Part shown: positions 26,522 through 35,825 of the stretch, piece after piece | How the letters are laid out: each line of letters begins with the position of its first letter | How positions within the stretch are numbered: the stretch's first letter is position 1 | IMG/VR virus record: IMGVR_UViG_3300031519_000082 | Span: 1 to 36,535 of that record | Length of the DNA: 36,535 nucleotides | Reading direction: 5' to 3' (one strand) | DNA from: a virus | Lineage: Duplodnaviria; Caudoviricetes | The notes under the pieces: model-generated | Databases searched by the model: none | What the model saw: the letters and a program-made list of their open reading frames with translations, nothing else | What the model was told of the DNA's origin: nothing | Translations under genes and position numbers: made by a program

Positions 26522-27418
26522 CTAACGCATCCCCATTCCAGGAGTATAAAATTGACCCGTTTTAGGAGTCCTCTTTTTGAAAAAGTCTACTACACTGCCA
26601 AAACCTTCAGCCATAGCTCCGTGCACGATTTCACCAGCTTCAGTCATGGAAGGATTTTGTCCGTATTCTACGGGAGCAGCTAAAGGAATGCTAGCAATTG
26701 ATTCAACAGGAACTTGAACCTCTGGTTCAGCAGCACTTGCATTAGCTTCGGCATCAGACATTGTTCCGAGTACATCAAAGCCTCTGCCAGTCATGGTCCG
26801 ACCCTTAGCGGTTGCAAAGTAATTAGCAAACATAGGATCCGAAAGCGGAATAACTTCTTTACCGCCTGGTACGTACCCATTAGTATCTACTACAATTCCG
26901 TTTTGAGATGGATCATATGTACCGTTGACTGACCCTGCGGCTAAGGTTACCGACTCGTTAAACTTCTTGGCATCCTGTCCTTCAGTAATCCCTTGAACCG
27001 CAGAGATACTATCAGGATCAGCGCCCATTGAAAATGCTTCTTGTGCGCTAATATTTCCTTGGCTAAATTGATTTAATATATCTTGCGTTATTGCAGCTCG
27101 ATTTACTGCATCCGAACTTTCTTTTACTTCATTAAATTGTTTAAACAAGTCAGGCCTTTTAACAAGCATTCTAGTCATTTTATCGGCTTCTTCTTCATCA
27201 CCCCCAGCAATGTTTGTTACAAACGGCTTTATCGCTTCTGCAAATTCTGCGTCTTCTATTTTCTTTTGTTTCTTTTTCTTGTAATCCTCTATTCCTTTCA
27301 CAAAATTTTTTCCAAACTGAGCTAACGCTTGGCCCTGAAATTTACTAGCCTCGACAAGGGGGCTGTAATCTAACTTCATAAGTGAAGCGTCTATCGGTGA
27401 TCCATTTATAAATGCCAT
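26522..27418 (-). CDS. Putative internal virion protein
   Basis: 298 aa directly upstream of the largest gene; helical N-half. Confidence 0.55.
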   Translation of the reverse strand: MAFINGSPIDASLMKLDYSPLVEASKFQGQALAQFGKNFVKGIEDYKKKKQKKIEDAEFAEAIKPFVTNIAGGDEEEADKMTRMLVKRPDLFKQFNEVKESSDAVNRAAITQDILNQFSQGNISAQEAFSMGADPDSISAVQGITEGQDAKKFNESVTLAAGSVNGTYDPSQNGIVVDTNGYVPGGKEVIPLSDPMFANYFATAKGRTMTGRGFDVLGTMSDAEANASAAEPEVQVPVESIASIPLAAPVEYGQNPSMTEAGEIVHGAMAEGFGSVVDFFKKRTPKTGQFYTPGMGMR

Positions 27419-27421
27419 AAT

Positions 27422-28228
27422 TTAATCTTTCATGTATGTTGGTATTGATTGGTCAGCCCATTGTACACGACGAGATACGTTCTCTATCGTGCAGTTTAAT
27501 TTAGGGCAATGTACGAAATTTGGTGCGCTGTTTCTGCGGTCAATGCAGGCAGTGCAAGCGTGCACGTAGTCGCAGTTCTGCGATCGGTCTTCTTTTTCAC
27601 TCCACCGACCGCCAACTTTTTCATAGCGATCAAGTTGAATAGGAACATCGTTGTCTTCGCAATACTGAAACACATCGTCGTGCGTCCAGTCTTTCATTGG
27701 ATAGTACGCATTGCACTGCCCTGGGTTAATCCTTACGTCTACACGAACCCCAGCGTCCCCTCCGTAGATAGGGTCACTGTCGCAATGCTTGTGCCCGACA
27801 AACATTACGTCCCAGTCTGCCTTAATGCCTGCGTTCTTTGGTCGGTTATAGATGTCCAAGGCACAAGCCCAAGGCTGACCCTCCTCTACTGGAGTAATGC
27901 CCGTAGGGCAGGTCATGTCAGTACTGTCAAAATAGTATCTGTTCTGTACTTCAAACTCATCCCCCGTTTGTTGAAAGTTACTAATCGCTGGGTGCCAAGT
28001 ATAAACTTCTAGCCCCCAGTCCTCTATGATTCGATTCTGAAAGGCATACTTGTGCGGCTGCCATTGCTCCCTAAAAAAAACTACAGGAATCTTAGCCTTG
28101 CATTTATTATAAACAAGATCAAGCAAGGCCATACTGTCCTTGCCTCCGCTCCAAGCAATTACTGGGTTCCTTGAATTACCAAGGCCCATCTCAATGTTTT
28201 TAATTGCACTTTGTATTTTGTTTTGCAT
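27422..28228 (-). CDS. PAPS reductase-family (PP-loop) protein
   Basis: 'VIAWSGGKDSMALLDL' PP-loop, 'YPMKDWTHDDVFQY' motif, C-terminal CTAC. Confidence 0.85.
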   Translation of the reverse strand: MQNKIQSAIKNIEMGLGNSRNPVIAWSGGKDSMALLDLVYNKCKAKIPVVFFREQWQPHKYAFQNRIIEDWGLEVYTWHPAISNFQQTGDEFEVQNRYYFDSTDMTCPTGITPVEEGQPWACALDIYNRPKNAGIKADWDVMFVGHKHCDSDPIYGGDAGVRVDVRINPGQCNAYYPMKDWTHDDVFQYCEDNDVPIQLDRYEKVGGRWSEKEDRSQNCDYVHACTACIDRRNSAPNFVHCPKLNCTIENVSRRVQWADQSIPTYMKD

Positions 28229-28265
28229 TAAAGAATTTTTAATGTTTACCCACGTAAGTCAACAT

Positions 28266-30059
28266 TTAGATAGCTGAAATAGCGGCAGAACCTGCAGTGC
28301 CAGCCAAGGAACCAGCGGCTGGCGCAAGTCCAGACATTATGTTGCCCTGAGATGCTTGATTAGCAATATTACTTTGCGCTTGATTTTGATACATTTGCAT
28401 TCCTGCATTAATACCTGGACTCATATCAAACAAATTAGGTCCCAATTCCTGAGAGGCACCCGTTTGAGCCGCATCAAGAATCTGGCCTCCTAGTTGAATT
28501 GCTGAAGACGGACGGCCCAGGATAGCACTACCTAAGTCACCCGCCATTAGTCGATTCATTTCAAATGCCTGACCGAGGTTTCTTTGATCTACTGTCTGCG
28601 CCTGACCAAATAATTGAGAACCCATTTCAATCTGTTTTAACTGCTGCGCCCTGCGTTGAGCCTCTGCAGTTTCGGCTTGGCCTAGCATACTGGCCCCCAG
28701 CTCCTGACGTTGTAATTGCTCTCGTCTAAGCTGGGCATTCATCAACTCTACTTGATTTAGTGAAGTAGCACCGAACTGCTGGCGTTGCAACTGCTCTGCC
28801 CTGCGTTGAACATTCATAGCTTCAGCTTGACCAAGAACACTTGCGCCTTGACCCAATCTATTTAAACGCATTTCAGATTGTTGTCCCAGTAGTTTTGCAC
28901 CCAATGCAACCTCACGCCCCTGCTTGTCTAGCTCTGCAGCCATACGAGCCTGCATCTCGCCATATATAGCACTTTGATCCATACCTCTGCCACGAGAAAT
29001 AGAGGCCTCTCGTGAGGACTGCTGCGCCCTGCGCTGCTCTAAGGGCGTAAGCTCTCCTGTAGATGCAGCAAACTCCATTCCTCGTCCAGACAGCAAAGCT
29101 TCCTGTTCGGTCGGAGATAAATCAGACAGGGACATCCCTACCTTGTTAAGCTCCTGCTCTGCTGCACTAGCAGCTTCACGCTGTGCGTTTATATTGGACA
29201 ACCCGCTGGCCTGCAGAGCTGTTTGAGCTGCGCTAGCGGCTGCACGCTTGGCGTTAATATTTGATAAGCCTTGGCTACGCAATGCTTCTTCGGCTTCGCT
29301 AGCGGACCGTAATTCAGAGTTCATAAGACCCCGACCCTTGCTCAATAAATCCGATTCGGTGTATGTAATATTGCCGTCTGCGTCACGTGTCATCCCCGAT
29401 CGTAATGAAGCGAAGTCAGCTAGATCTGCGCTGCGGGGGTCAGCCTGACGGTAAGCGTCGACTACTTGTGAGCCGTAAGTTTCAAGTGCTTTGACGTCGG
29501 AATCACGTTGAAGTTCTAGTTGTTCTCTCTGTAAATCACCTGCGCTCCTTGCCTGATCTTCAAGCAGTTCCAACAATCCCTTTTGTGGGGTCATTGTAGG
29601 CTCGATAGATGTTAATCTAGTTTGAGCTTCTTTAAGTCGTTTCTGCGCTTTTTTTAACTTTCCGCTACCTAGAACAGGTACGACCTTGCCGTTCTTTTTT
29701 GTTCTAGTTTCTGCAATGTCTGCTTCTAGCTGCGATATTTCTTGCTCTAAAGCACCGTACTCAGGGTTTGGAGTTCCCTCTTTTAGGCCGCTTGCAAATG
29801 TGTTAATGTCCGCAAGTTCAAGTCCACTAAATAGTGGGCGATACGTTTCTTCTGATTCCAGTAAACGTCCCTGCAAAAGAGGATCTGTTATTCCACTATA
29901 ACTTGTAAAGTCTTTTCCAAATAAGTATTTACCCGCCTGCTTAGAAAGATTGGGGGCTTCAGGCGCATCGTCACTGCAAAAAAGTATTAAGTGATTTTTG
30001 CACAAAAATGACCAGAGCCATTTATCGACAGGTTCAAAGAGAGATTTAAATAATTTCAT
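28266..30059 (-). CDS. Putative internal virion/DNA-pilot protein with internal repeats
   Basis: 597 aa, Q/A/G-rich coiled coil, Gly/Ala-rich C-terminus, position after the tail genes. Confidence 0.65.
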   Translation of the reverse strand: MKLFKSLFEPVDKWLWSFLCKNHLILFCSDDAPEAPNLSKQAGKYLFGKDFTSYSGITDPLLQGRLLESEETYRPLFSGLELADINTFASGLKEGTPNPEYGALEQEISQLEADIAETRTKKNGKVVPVLGSGKLKKAQKRLKEAQTRLTSIEPTMTPQKGLLELLEDQARSAGDLQREQLELQRDSDVKALETYGSQVVDAYRQADPRSADLADFASLRSGMTRDADGNITYTESDLLSKGRGLMNSELRSASEAEEALRSQGLSNINAKRAAASAAQTALQASGLSNINAQREAASAAEQELNKVGMSLSDLSPTEQEALLSGRGMEFAASTGELTPLEQRRAQQSSREASISRGRGMDQSAIYGEMQARMAAELDKQGREVALGAKLLGQQSEMRLNRLGQGASVLGQAEAMNVQRRAEQLQRQQFGATSLNQVELMNAQLRREQLQRQELGASMLGQAETAEAQRRAQQLKQIEMGSQLFGQAQTVDQRNLGQAFEMNRLMAGDLGSAILGRPSSAIQLGGQILDAAQTGASQELGPNLFDMSPGINAGMQMYQNQAQSNIANQASQGNIMSGLAPAAGSLAGTAGSAAISAI

Positions 30060-30412
30060 TTAGAGACAAACAGGTTAGTTTTCCATACAGGTGAGTATCC
30101 AAACTTCTGCATATGGTTGATGTAAGGCGAGTGATCGTTACAAGCTATAAAATAACCATTCGGAGATCGGTCATCCATAATTGTACGAAAAGTATTATTA
30201 AGTATTAAAGACTCCTTGGCGCTTACGCCATCGGACTTATGCCAAACCATAACAAGTGGTATCGAGCCAAGCGACCACCCGCCAACAACTTCGTTACCCT
30301 TCTCAATAATATGAGTAGGATAAGTCATATTGTCATTATCCGCAATGGCGGCATTAATAACAAGTTGTTGTTCCTCTGGGGTCCTTATCTTTCTGGCTTT
30401 AGGTAATGGCAT
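30056..30412 (-). CDS. Hypothetical protein (possibly GNAT-like)
   Basis: 118 aa between tail and internal virion genes; 'HIIEKGNEVVGG...KFGY' pattern is only suggestive. Confidence 0.5.
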   Translation of the reverse strand: MPLPKARKIRTPEEQQLVINAAIADNDNMTYPTHIIEKGNEVVGGWSLGSIPLVMVWHKSDGVSAKESLILNNTFRTIMDDRSPNGYFIACNDHSPYINHMQKFGYSPVWKTNLFVSK

Positions 30413-30452
30413 TTAAGTTAAAGTATTATATTAAATTGTCACAAAGGGTTCA

Positions 30453-31010
30453 TTAGTGACCGTAGGCAATGTAATTGTAAGTTCCAGTTTGCCCACCAGT
30501 ATTGTATATATCACTTGTCCATCCAGTTTTACTCTTTGTTGTTACTGCAAGATTTGCATATGACTCAGCTTCGTCGAGATTGCCCTGTAAATGTATGCAC
30601 GCATTTGGAAACGCTACGGGAAAGGTAAAGTTCTGGCTAGCGGTGCTTGTGATTTCTACCGTTCCGAACTTCATAATCAGACCATTTGGAAAAGTAACGC
30701 TGTCTTCACCAGCATAAGTGCTGGGCGTAAAGCCACCTGCGGAGCTGTCCACATATGCCTTGATACTTTCAGATGTAGCTAGCTTGGTAGCACTTGCGCC
30801 AGTCATCGTATCGCTGTCAATAACGTCTGTCAGTTTAGCGAAGGTTACTCCCCCGTCATTTACTATCAGTTGACCAGACGAATTAACCGTAGTGGAGCTA
30901 CTGTCGGTAGCTCCCTGATTAAACGTAGCCAAGTCAAGCAAGTCGTTGAGCTTGTCAGCGGTAAGCTGCTCTCCGTTGGAGAACGTTGTTCCTTTAGTTA
31001 AGATAGGCAT
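30453..31010 (-). CDS. Short tail fibre protein (gp53-like C-terminal domain)
   Basis: 'FPNGLIMKFG.....TFPVAFPNAC...YIAYGH' C-terminal fibre motif. Confidence 0.75.
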   Translation of the reverse strand: MPILTKGTTFSNGEQLTADKLNDLLDLATFNQGATDSSSTTVNSSGQLIVNDGGVTFAKLTDVIDSDTMTGASATKLATSESIKAYVDSSAGGFTPSTYAGEDSVTFPNGLIMKFGTVEITSTASQNFTFPVAFPNACIHLQGNLDEAESYANLAVTTKSKTGWTSDIYNTGGQTGTYNYIAYGH

Positions 31011-31022
31011 AGTATTAAATGT

Positions 31023-31649
31023 TTAAGTAATCTTTTGAAAGGCTTGGATTGAGTAGCTTGCAGTAGTAGTACCATTCGCCCCCGTTGCTCTATATTCAAT
31101 TACTCCAGATGAATTAGTTATTACCACAACACTTCCACCCTTCAAGGGAGCGGAGCCAGTACCAACGTCTACCGCATTTGCGCCATTTTGATTATTTGTG
31201 TAGATATTAACGTTGGACCCTGGTGTCCTAAAATACCAATTGCTAAATCTACTGCTATTAGATATTTCCATTATTACCATAGCCTTGTTTGAGCCAACAA
31301 CGGACGATAGATCTGTTTGGGCAAACGCATTGTTGTTACTTACTGAAAGTGTACCTGTGGCCGTGCTAGCTTTTAAACTTGAATTAGTGTCTACATAAGC
31401 CTTGATGCTTTCGGCTGTAGCTAATTTTGTATTGGTTGCGCCAGACATTGTGTCGCTGTCTATGACGTCCGTCAATTTAGCAAAGCCTACCCCTCCGTCC
31501 TTAATTCGAAGAGCATCAGAACTTATTTCTATTGTAGCCCCATCGACGGAGTCCGTCGATATTTTAGCGTTATTGACAGCATTGTTTAAAGTTGCGGATG
31601 TCACCGCATCTGTAGCGCCAAATGAATTTCCTGTTATAAATCTTGCCAT
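31023..31649 (-). CDS. Short tail fibre/spike protein
   Basis: Shares an N-terminal module with the adjacent fibre; different beta-rich C-terminus. Confidence 0.65.
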   Translation of the reverse strand: MARFITGNSFGATDAVTSATLNNAVNNAKISTDSVDGATIEISSDALRIKDGGVGFAKLTDVIDSDTMSGATNTKLATAESIKAYVDTNSSLKASTATGTLSVSNNNAFAQTDLSSVVGSNKAMVIMEISNSSRFSNWYFRTPGSNVNIYTNNQNGANAVDVGTGSAPLKGGSVVVITNSSGVIEYRATGANGTTTASYSIQAFQKIT

Positions 31650-31652
31650 ATC

Positions 31653-34211
31653 TTATATTGCTTTGTTTGTTGATCTAAATGCTTCAGCTCCACCGACTTT
31701 GATTCCTCTGAATCTAGGTCGGCCAACTGTATTGTTAAGGGTGACTTGCATCCCGTATGCTCGTTTGTTACCTATTCTACCACGGACGGAAACATCCTCG
31801 TCGGCTGCCAGGACTGAATTTGAATTAAGTGCACTGAGAGTACCAACATCTATAGTAGTGTCAAGGTTCTCTAGCTCTGCGCTAATGTTTAGATTGGACG
31901 CTTCATCGGGCGATGATTGCACGTGCAGCTCTAGGTTGTTCCAACGCTTGCGGTCCATACTCCCTAGGGTAAACTGCCTAGTCGTGACTGAAGCAGGTAT
32001 ATCATAAGGATCTTCTTCCTCGTCTCCTGATACTGGAATTGCCGTAGCAAGTATATCCTTTGCATCTACACGGGCATCAAGCCTGTGTAGCCCACCCAAA
32101 GTATTGACTGCATAGACAGCACGGTCGGACTTTGTACCAGCTACGATTAAATTAGCAATGTTCCAGTTCGGCGCATTAGTTGTGTCAATGCTTTCCCACT
32201 GCTTGTTAATAAAGTTAAATATTAATATAGCATTGTTAACACGGCTATCATCTAGCGGAACAGTTAGATAGTATCTATTGTCAAAGTATACGCCTACGCT
32301 CTTGTCCCACACGTCCCTATTAATCCGTTTTATAATAGAATTAATGGGAGAACTTAAGGGGACTTCGTTGCCACGAAGGTTATATAAATCTTGGAAATTA
32401 GCTCCGTATACGCCGTTGTCCGAAAGAAACAATACATTGTTTCCGACCTGTATAATGCTCTGCCTAGCTACGCATCCTACTTCGTCTGTAATTAACTCTA
32501 CAGTCGCCTCAAGTCCAACGCCCTGCACCAGGTGAATGCTGTTTCGATTAAACACCAAAAGGTTGTCATCCGAAAATGAGTGCAGTCCTACATTAAAGTC
32601 CGACGTGCCTGCATTCAATCTAAATTGAGCATAGATTTGATCGTAAGTATCGGAGTCCAATTGATCGGACGCAATCACTTCGTCCAGTATACTTCGGTAT
32701 TGATAAGTATTTGCTGAAGCTGCTACATTATATTTAAAGGGCATTAACAGCCTGCGCTGGTGATACGTTGCATATTCGGGTGCAGGCATATGCGTAAAAC
32801 CAAGACCGACAGAAACTGGTTTTTGAACGATTCCGTTTTTATTAGTAGCGTCTGCTTTATCAGTACTAAAGGTAAAGGTAGTTGTGCTATCAATGCTTTT
32901 GACACGTATGGTATCACCTGCATTATACGTTGAACTACCCGCATCCGTAAATGTTAATACATCTCCGACAAGGAGTGTATCTACCGCCGAAGAGCTAGCG
33001 GTAGCGGTTGCTATACCACTGGCATAATCAATGTCGGTCAAAGACATAGGAACAGGCTGAGTGTAAGTTCCGCTTTTTACAAATTTAAATCCTGGAGAAA
33101 TTAAAGATGATGAACTTACCGTAAAAGTCTTGGCGGTTGTTGAACCGCCTGATCCAATGACGTACGTAAAACTTGTGTCGCTGGGAACTGAAGCAATAAC
33201 AAATGTTCCGTTCGGATCTTCTCCTGCAGTAAAATTAGTTAATCCAGATATTGTAATTGCATTGCCAATGGCTAGATCGTGATCGGCAGAAGTATTGACA
33301 GTTACAACGGAAGACGTATTCATGCTCGACGAAGCAATTACAATTGGGCTAAAGAAGTTGTCATTTGCTAGCGCAGTCTGCCCATCACGAAAAATAAAAA
33401 TTTTATTAAATGCTTGAAGCATACTGCTTTGAGGCGGGACGTTTTCGCTAGCAGGAAAACCCATCGTTACACTAATGCTTGAGTCATTAAGATTTGTAGC
33501 TACTGCATTAATGTTTGAAGCCAAAATAATAAACTGACTATTATCTTGGTTTGGATCACTGAATGATGTGCTAGCGTATACCGCCGCAACACTCCCCAGG
33601 TCAAAGACCATATTAAAACCAATTACTGGTGAAATAGTCAGAGTTGTTAGCTGCGGTTGGGTGCCTCCGTCGTTCAAAGAAAAGGGCAAGGTCAAAGCAA
33701 AGCCGCCGTAAGCGGCTACATTAGAACCAACCAAGTCATACTCAATTGTTTTGGTTCCATCTCCATTGTCAGTGACGGCCGTAAGAACGTGTGCGCCATT
33801 AGGGTCAGGGCTACCAACGAGGCCTTCTACCGTAACAAGATCTCCACTAACAAATATGTGACCTGGTTCAACGGCTGGGTTATCGACGACGATAAGAACT
33901 TTATTGCTAGCTAAACTAGCGGATCGAATCGTAGTAGGAAGTAAACCAACTACTGTAGGGTTGGCTTGAGTTTCGGAAGAAGTGGGCAGACGCAATACAG
34001 CGTCACCCGAAGCAAAAGGTGCCTTAATTACGTTAATACCCTTACGAACCTGCCACTCTCCGTTTTTACCTAAGCGTCCGTTTGAACTGTTAGCCAGCAT
34101 CCCAGAAGGTAGTTGGTCAGGTCGGGAGTAAGTATTGAACCCGACAAATCCCACGTCCATATCATCTTGGATGGGGTCATCGGTCGCTCCGTATGTAGTG
34201 TATCTTGACAA
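31653..34211 (-). CDS. Tail nozzle/stabilisation protein (tail tubular B/P22 gp10-like) with inserted repeats
   Basis: 852 aa; beta-propeller-like 'EVGCVARQSIIQVGNNVLFLSDNGVY' and 'VYFDNRYYL' motifs. Confidence 0.75.
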   Translation of the reverse strand: MSRYTTYGATDDPIQDDMDVGFVGFNTYSRPDQLPSGMLANSSNGRLGKNGEWQVRKGINVIKAPFASGDAVLRLPTSSETQANPTVVGLLPTTIRSASLASNKVLIVVDNPAVEPGHIFVSGDLVTVEGLVGSPDPNGAHVLTAVTDNGDGTKTIEYDLVGSNVAAYGGFALTLPFSLNDGGTQPQLTTLTISPVIGFNMVFDLGSVAAVYASTSFSDPNQDNSQFIILASNINAVATNLNDSSISVTMGFPASENVPPQSSMLQAFNKIFIFRDGQTALANDNFFSPIVIASSSMNTSSVVTVNTSADHDLAIGNAITISGLTNFTAGEDPNGTFVIASVPSDTSFTYVIGSGGSTTAKTFTVSSSSLISPGFKFVKSGTYTQPVPMSLTDIDYASGIATATASSSAVDTLLVGDVLTFTDAGSSTYNAGDTIRVKSIDSTTTFTFSTDKADATNKNGIVQKPVSVGLGFTHMPAPEYATYHQRRLLMPFKYNVAASANTYQYRSILDEVIASDQLDSDTYDQIYAQFRLNAGTSDFNVGLHSFSDDNLLVFNRNSIHLVQGVGLEATVELITDEVGCVARQSIIQVGNNVLFLSDNGVYGANFQDLYNLRGNEVPLSSPINSIIKRINRDVWDKSVGVYFDNRYYLTVPLDDSRVNNAILIFNFINKQWESIDTTNAPNWNIANLIVAGTKSDRAVYAVNTLGGLHRLDARVDAKDILATAIPVSGDEEEDPYDIPASVTTRQFTLGSMDRKRWNNLELHVQSSPDEASNLNISAELENLDTTIDVGTLSALNSNSVLAADEDVSVRGRIGNKRAYGMQVTLNNTVGRPRFRGIKVGGAEAFRSTNKAI

Positions 34212-34229
34212 AGTTTGTTATGTTATGAG

Positions 34230-34475
34230 TTAGCAGTCCCAGGCCTTGCGGCTCCAGTAGTTAGCGGATAGTTTATTAGTCTTACCTTTGATGCCACCAC
34301 TGCGAGCGCAGTAGCTTTTCTTACGGGCTGGTTGATCTTTCTTGATACTCATATTAGCATCACCAAAGCGGACAAGTTTTTCGGTTCCTCCCTGGCAAGC
34401 CTTTACAACGAACTTCTTCCCGCCCTGGACTTCACGGCGTGGTACGTTGCACTTCATCTTGGATTTGTCTGGCAT
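34230..34475 (-). CDS. Small basic protein
   Basis: 81 aa, 'LVRFGD..M.IKK..PARKKSYCAR...YWSRKAWDC'. Confidence 0.75.
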   Translation of the reverse strand: MPDKSKMKCNVPRREVQGGKKFVVKACQGGTEKLVRFGDANMSIKKDQPARKKSYCARSGGIKGKTNKLSANYWSRKAWDC

Positions 34476-34477
34476 TG

Positions 34478-34762
34478 TTACTTACTTCTTATATCTTTTA
34501 GTTTTTTACGGTAGCTGGGAACGTCTTGTTTTATATTTAGGCTTGAAATTGTCTTCTTATAATCATCTAAACCTCTGCGATAATCGGAAGATAAAGTTTT
34601 CATAGTCTTCGTGACAGTTTTATTCTTGGATTGTTTTGCCATTAGGTCATACTCTGCAATTTGCTTCTCAGCCTTTCTGACGTATTTTTTATGTCGAGTG
34701 TCGATTCGATTAATGCTAGCTAATTCTCGACGTATTTTATTTTCTTCTTGTTTTTTACTCAT
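34478..34762 (-). CDS. Small basic coiled-coil protein
   Basis: 94 aa, K/R-rich, AT-rich, in operon. Confidence 0.6.
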   Translation of the reverse strand: MSKKQEENKIRRELASINRIDTRHKKYVRKAEKQIAEYDLMAKQSKNKTVTKTMKTLSSDYRRGLDDYKKTISSLNIKQDVPSYRKKLKDIRSK

Positions 34763-34770
34763 AGATGTAT

Positions 34771-35010
34771 TTAACTTTTTACTTTTGCTTTAGGTGTGTT
34801 TGCTACGACTGTTCTTCCCTTGGCTCCTGCCTTTTTCTTTTTTCTAGCAGTTGCTGCTCGCTCTGTTTTCGTGAGGCTGAGAGCCTTTCTTTTAGGCAGG
34901 CAACGGTCAGGGTTTTTCTTATCTTTCGACGTTCCGCAAGGTCCTTTGATTGATCCATCAGTGCCTATTCTTACCCAGTTCTGTTTTCTCCATTGTGCTA
35001 GTTGAGACAT
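34771..35010 (-). CDS. Small basic protein (DUF5872-like)
   Basis: 'L.QW..QNW......G.CG......RCLPK.KA..L' pattern. Confidence 0.7.
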   Translation of the reverse strand: MSQLAQWRKQNWVRIGTDGSIKGPCGTSKDKKNPDRCLPKRKALSLTKTERAATARKKKKAGAKGRTVVANTPKAKVKS

Positions 35011-35180
35011 TATTTTCTTTTACGTTTGGCACTCTTAGATTTCTTAGCGTAGTTAGGGTCCTTGCAATACTTCGAGGCAGCCATATTAGCATAAGCGGAA
35101 GGGTACGTATCAAACGTACGTCTAGCCCAGGCTTTACCTGATGGGCATATCTTACCTCCGCTCTTTGCTTTCTTAGCCAC
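35010..35180 (-). CDS. Small basic protein
   Basis: Likely GTG start at 35180 (TAGTG coupling); 'AWARRTFDTYPSAYAN' motif. Confidence 0.7.
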   Translation of the reverse strand: MAKKAKSGGKICPSGKAWARRTFDTYPSAYANMAASKYCKDPNYAKKSKSAKRKRK

Positions 35181-35272
35181 TAGTAAGAACGTCCGCCCTT
35201 GTTCTTCATTCCGCCTTTTTCGCCGCAAGAGCCTTTACCTGAATTACCTACTGGTTTCCGTGTTGTGTTCAT
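35180..35272 (-). CDS. 30-aa basic Gly-rich peptide (not in ORF track)
   Basis: MNTTRKPVGNSGKGSCGEKGGMKNKGGRSY; abuts the upstream stop and overlaps the downstream start. Confidence 0.55.
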   Translation of the reverse strand: MNTTRKPVGNSGKGSCGEKGGMKNKGGRSY

Positions 35273-35274
35273 AA

Positions 35275-35430
35275 TTATTTATTTCTTTTATTGTGAAAAT
35301 CAAACAGGACTTTTACTTTCTCTGTAAGAGCTTCGAGGTTATAGTGCATCCTGGATAGCACGATAATGAGCGTAATAACGCCAATACCGATGGGCCAGAG
35401 GGATGAAATAATTTGTAAAACTTCATTCAT
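35275..35430 (-). CDS. Small single-TM protein (lysis/holin-like; not in ORF track)
   Basis: MNEVLQIISSLWPIGIGVITLIIVLSRMHYNLEALTEKVKVLFDFHNKRNK; ATGA overlap with the upstream gene. Confidence 0.65.
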   Translation of the reverse strand: MNEVLQIISSLWPIGIGVITLIIVLSRMHYNLEALTEKVKVLFDFHNKRNK

Positions 35431-35825
35431 TTAATTTGCGATGAACCAAAGTAGAAGCCTACGATGGCTAGAGCAGTTTGCCTAATTTCTGGTAAAATAA
35501 CGAAGCCTTGCACAGTGTCCCATTTAAGGCTCTTGAATAGCCCTAGGAAGCCGTTTGTCTCTCTACCTATGGTTACCCCTACATCAGTCCACGCAAAGAC
35601 GAATGGGGCTATTACAATGGCAAAGACGGTGGATACTACTAGGAACCTACGGACTAATACACCACCATCACGTTTAGCCGCTGCATCTGCTGAGGCATCT
35701 GCTGTCTGCTGGGACGTAATCATACGCTCAAACTGGCGAGCCTGACTCTCCATCTGTGTGCCAATCAACTTCATTACGAAGCCACTGATTCCTCCTCCGA
35801 GCATTGCTAGTAGTTCTGGTGTCAT
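35427..35825 (-). CDS. Holin-like membrane protein (3TM-type)
   Basis: Hydrophobic segments and C-terminal 'AIVGFYFGS' motif. Confidence 0.65.
   Translation of the reverse strand: MTPELLAMLGGGISGFVMKLIGTQMESQARQFERMITSQQTADASADAAAKRDGGVLVRRFLVVSTVFAIVIAPFVFAWTDVGVTIGRETNGFLGLFKSLKWDTVQGFVILPEIRQTALAIVGFYFGSSQIK

Noticed and set aside
31402-32007. 201-aa plus-strand ORF and the many other antisense ORFs in the track (e.g. 3953..4396, 17985..18374, 27509..28012)
   Set aside because: They lie opposite well-supported genes and have the S/L-rich composition of antisense shadows.
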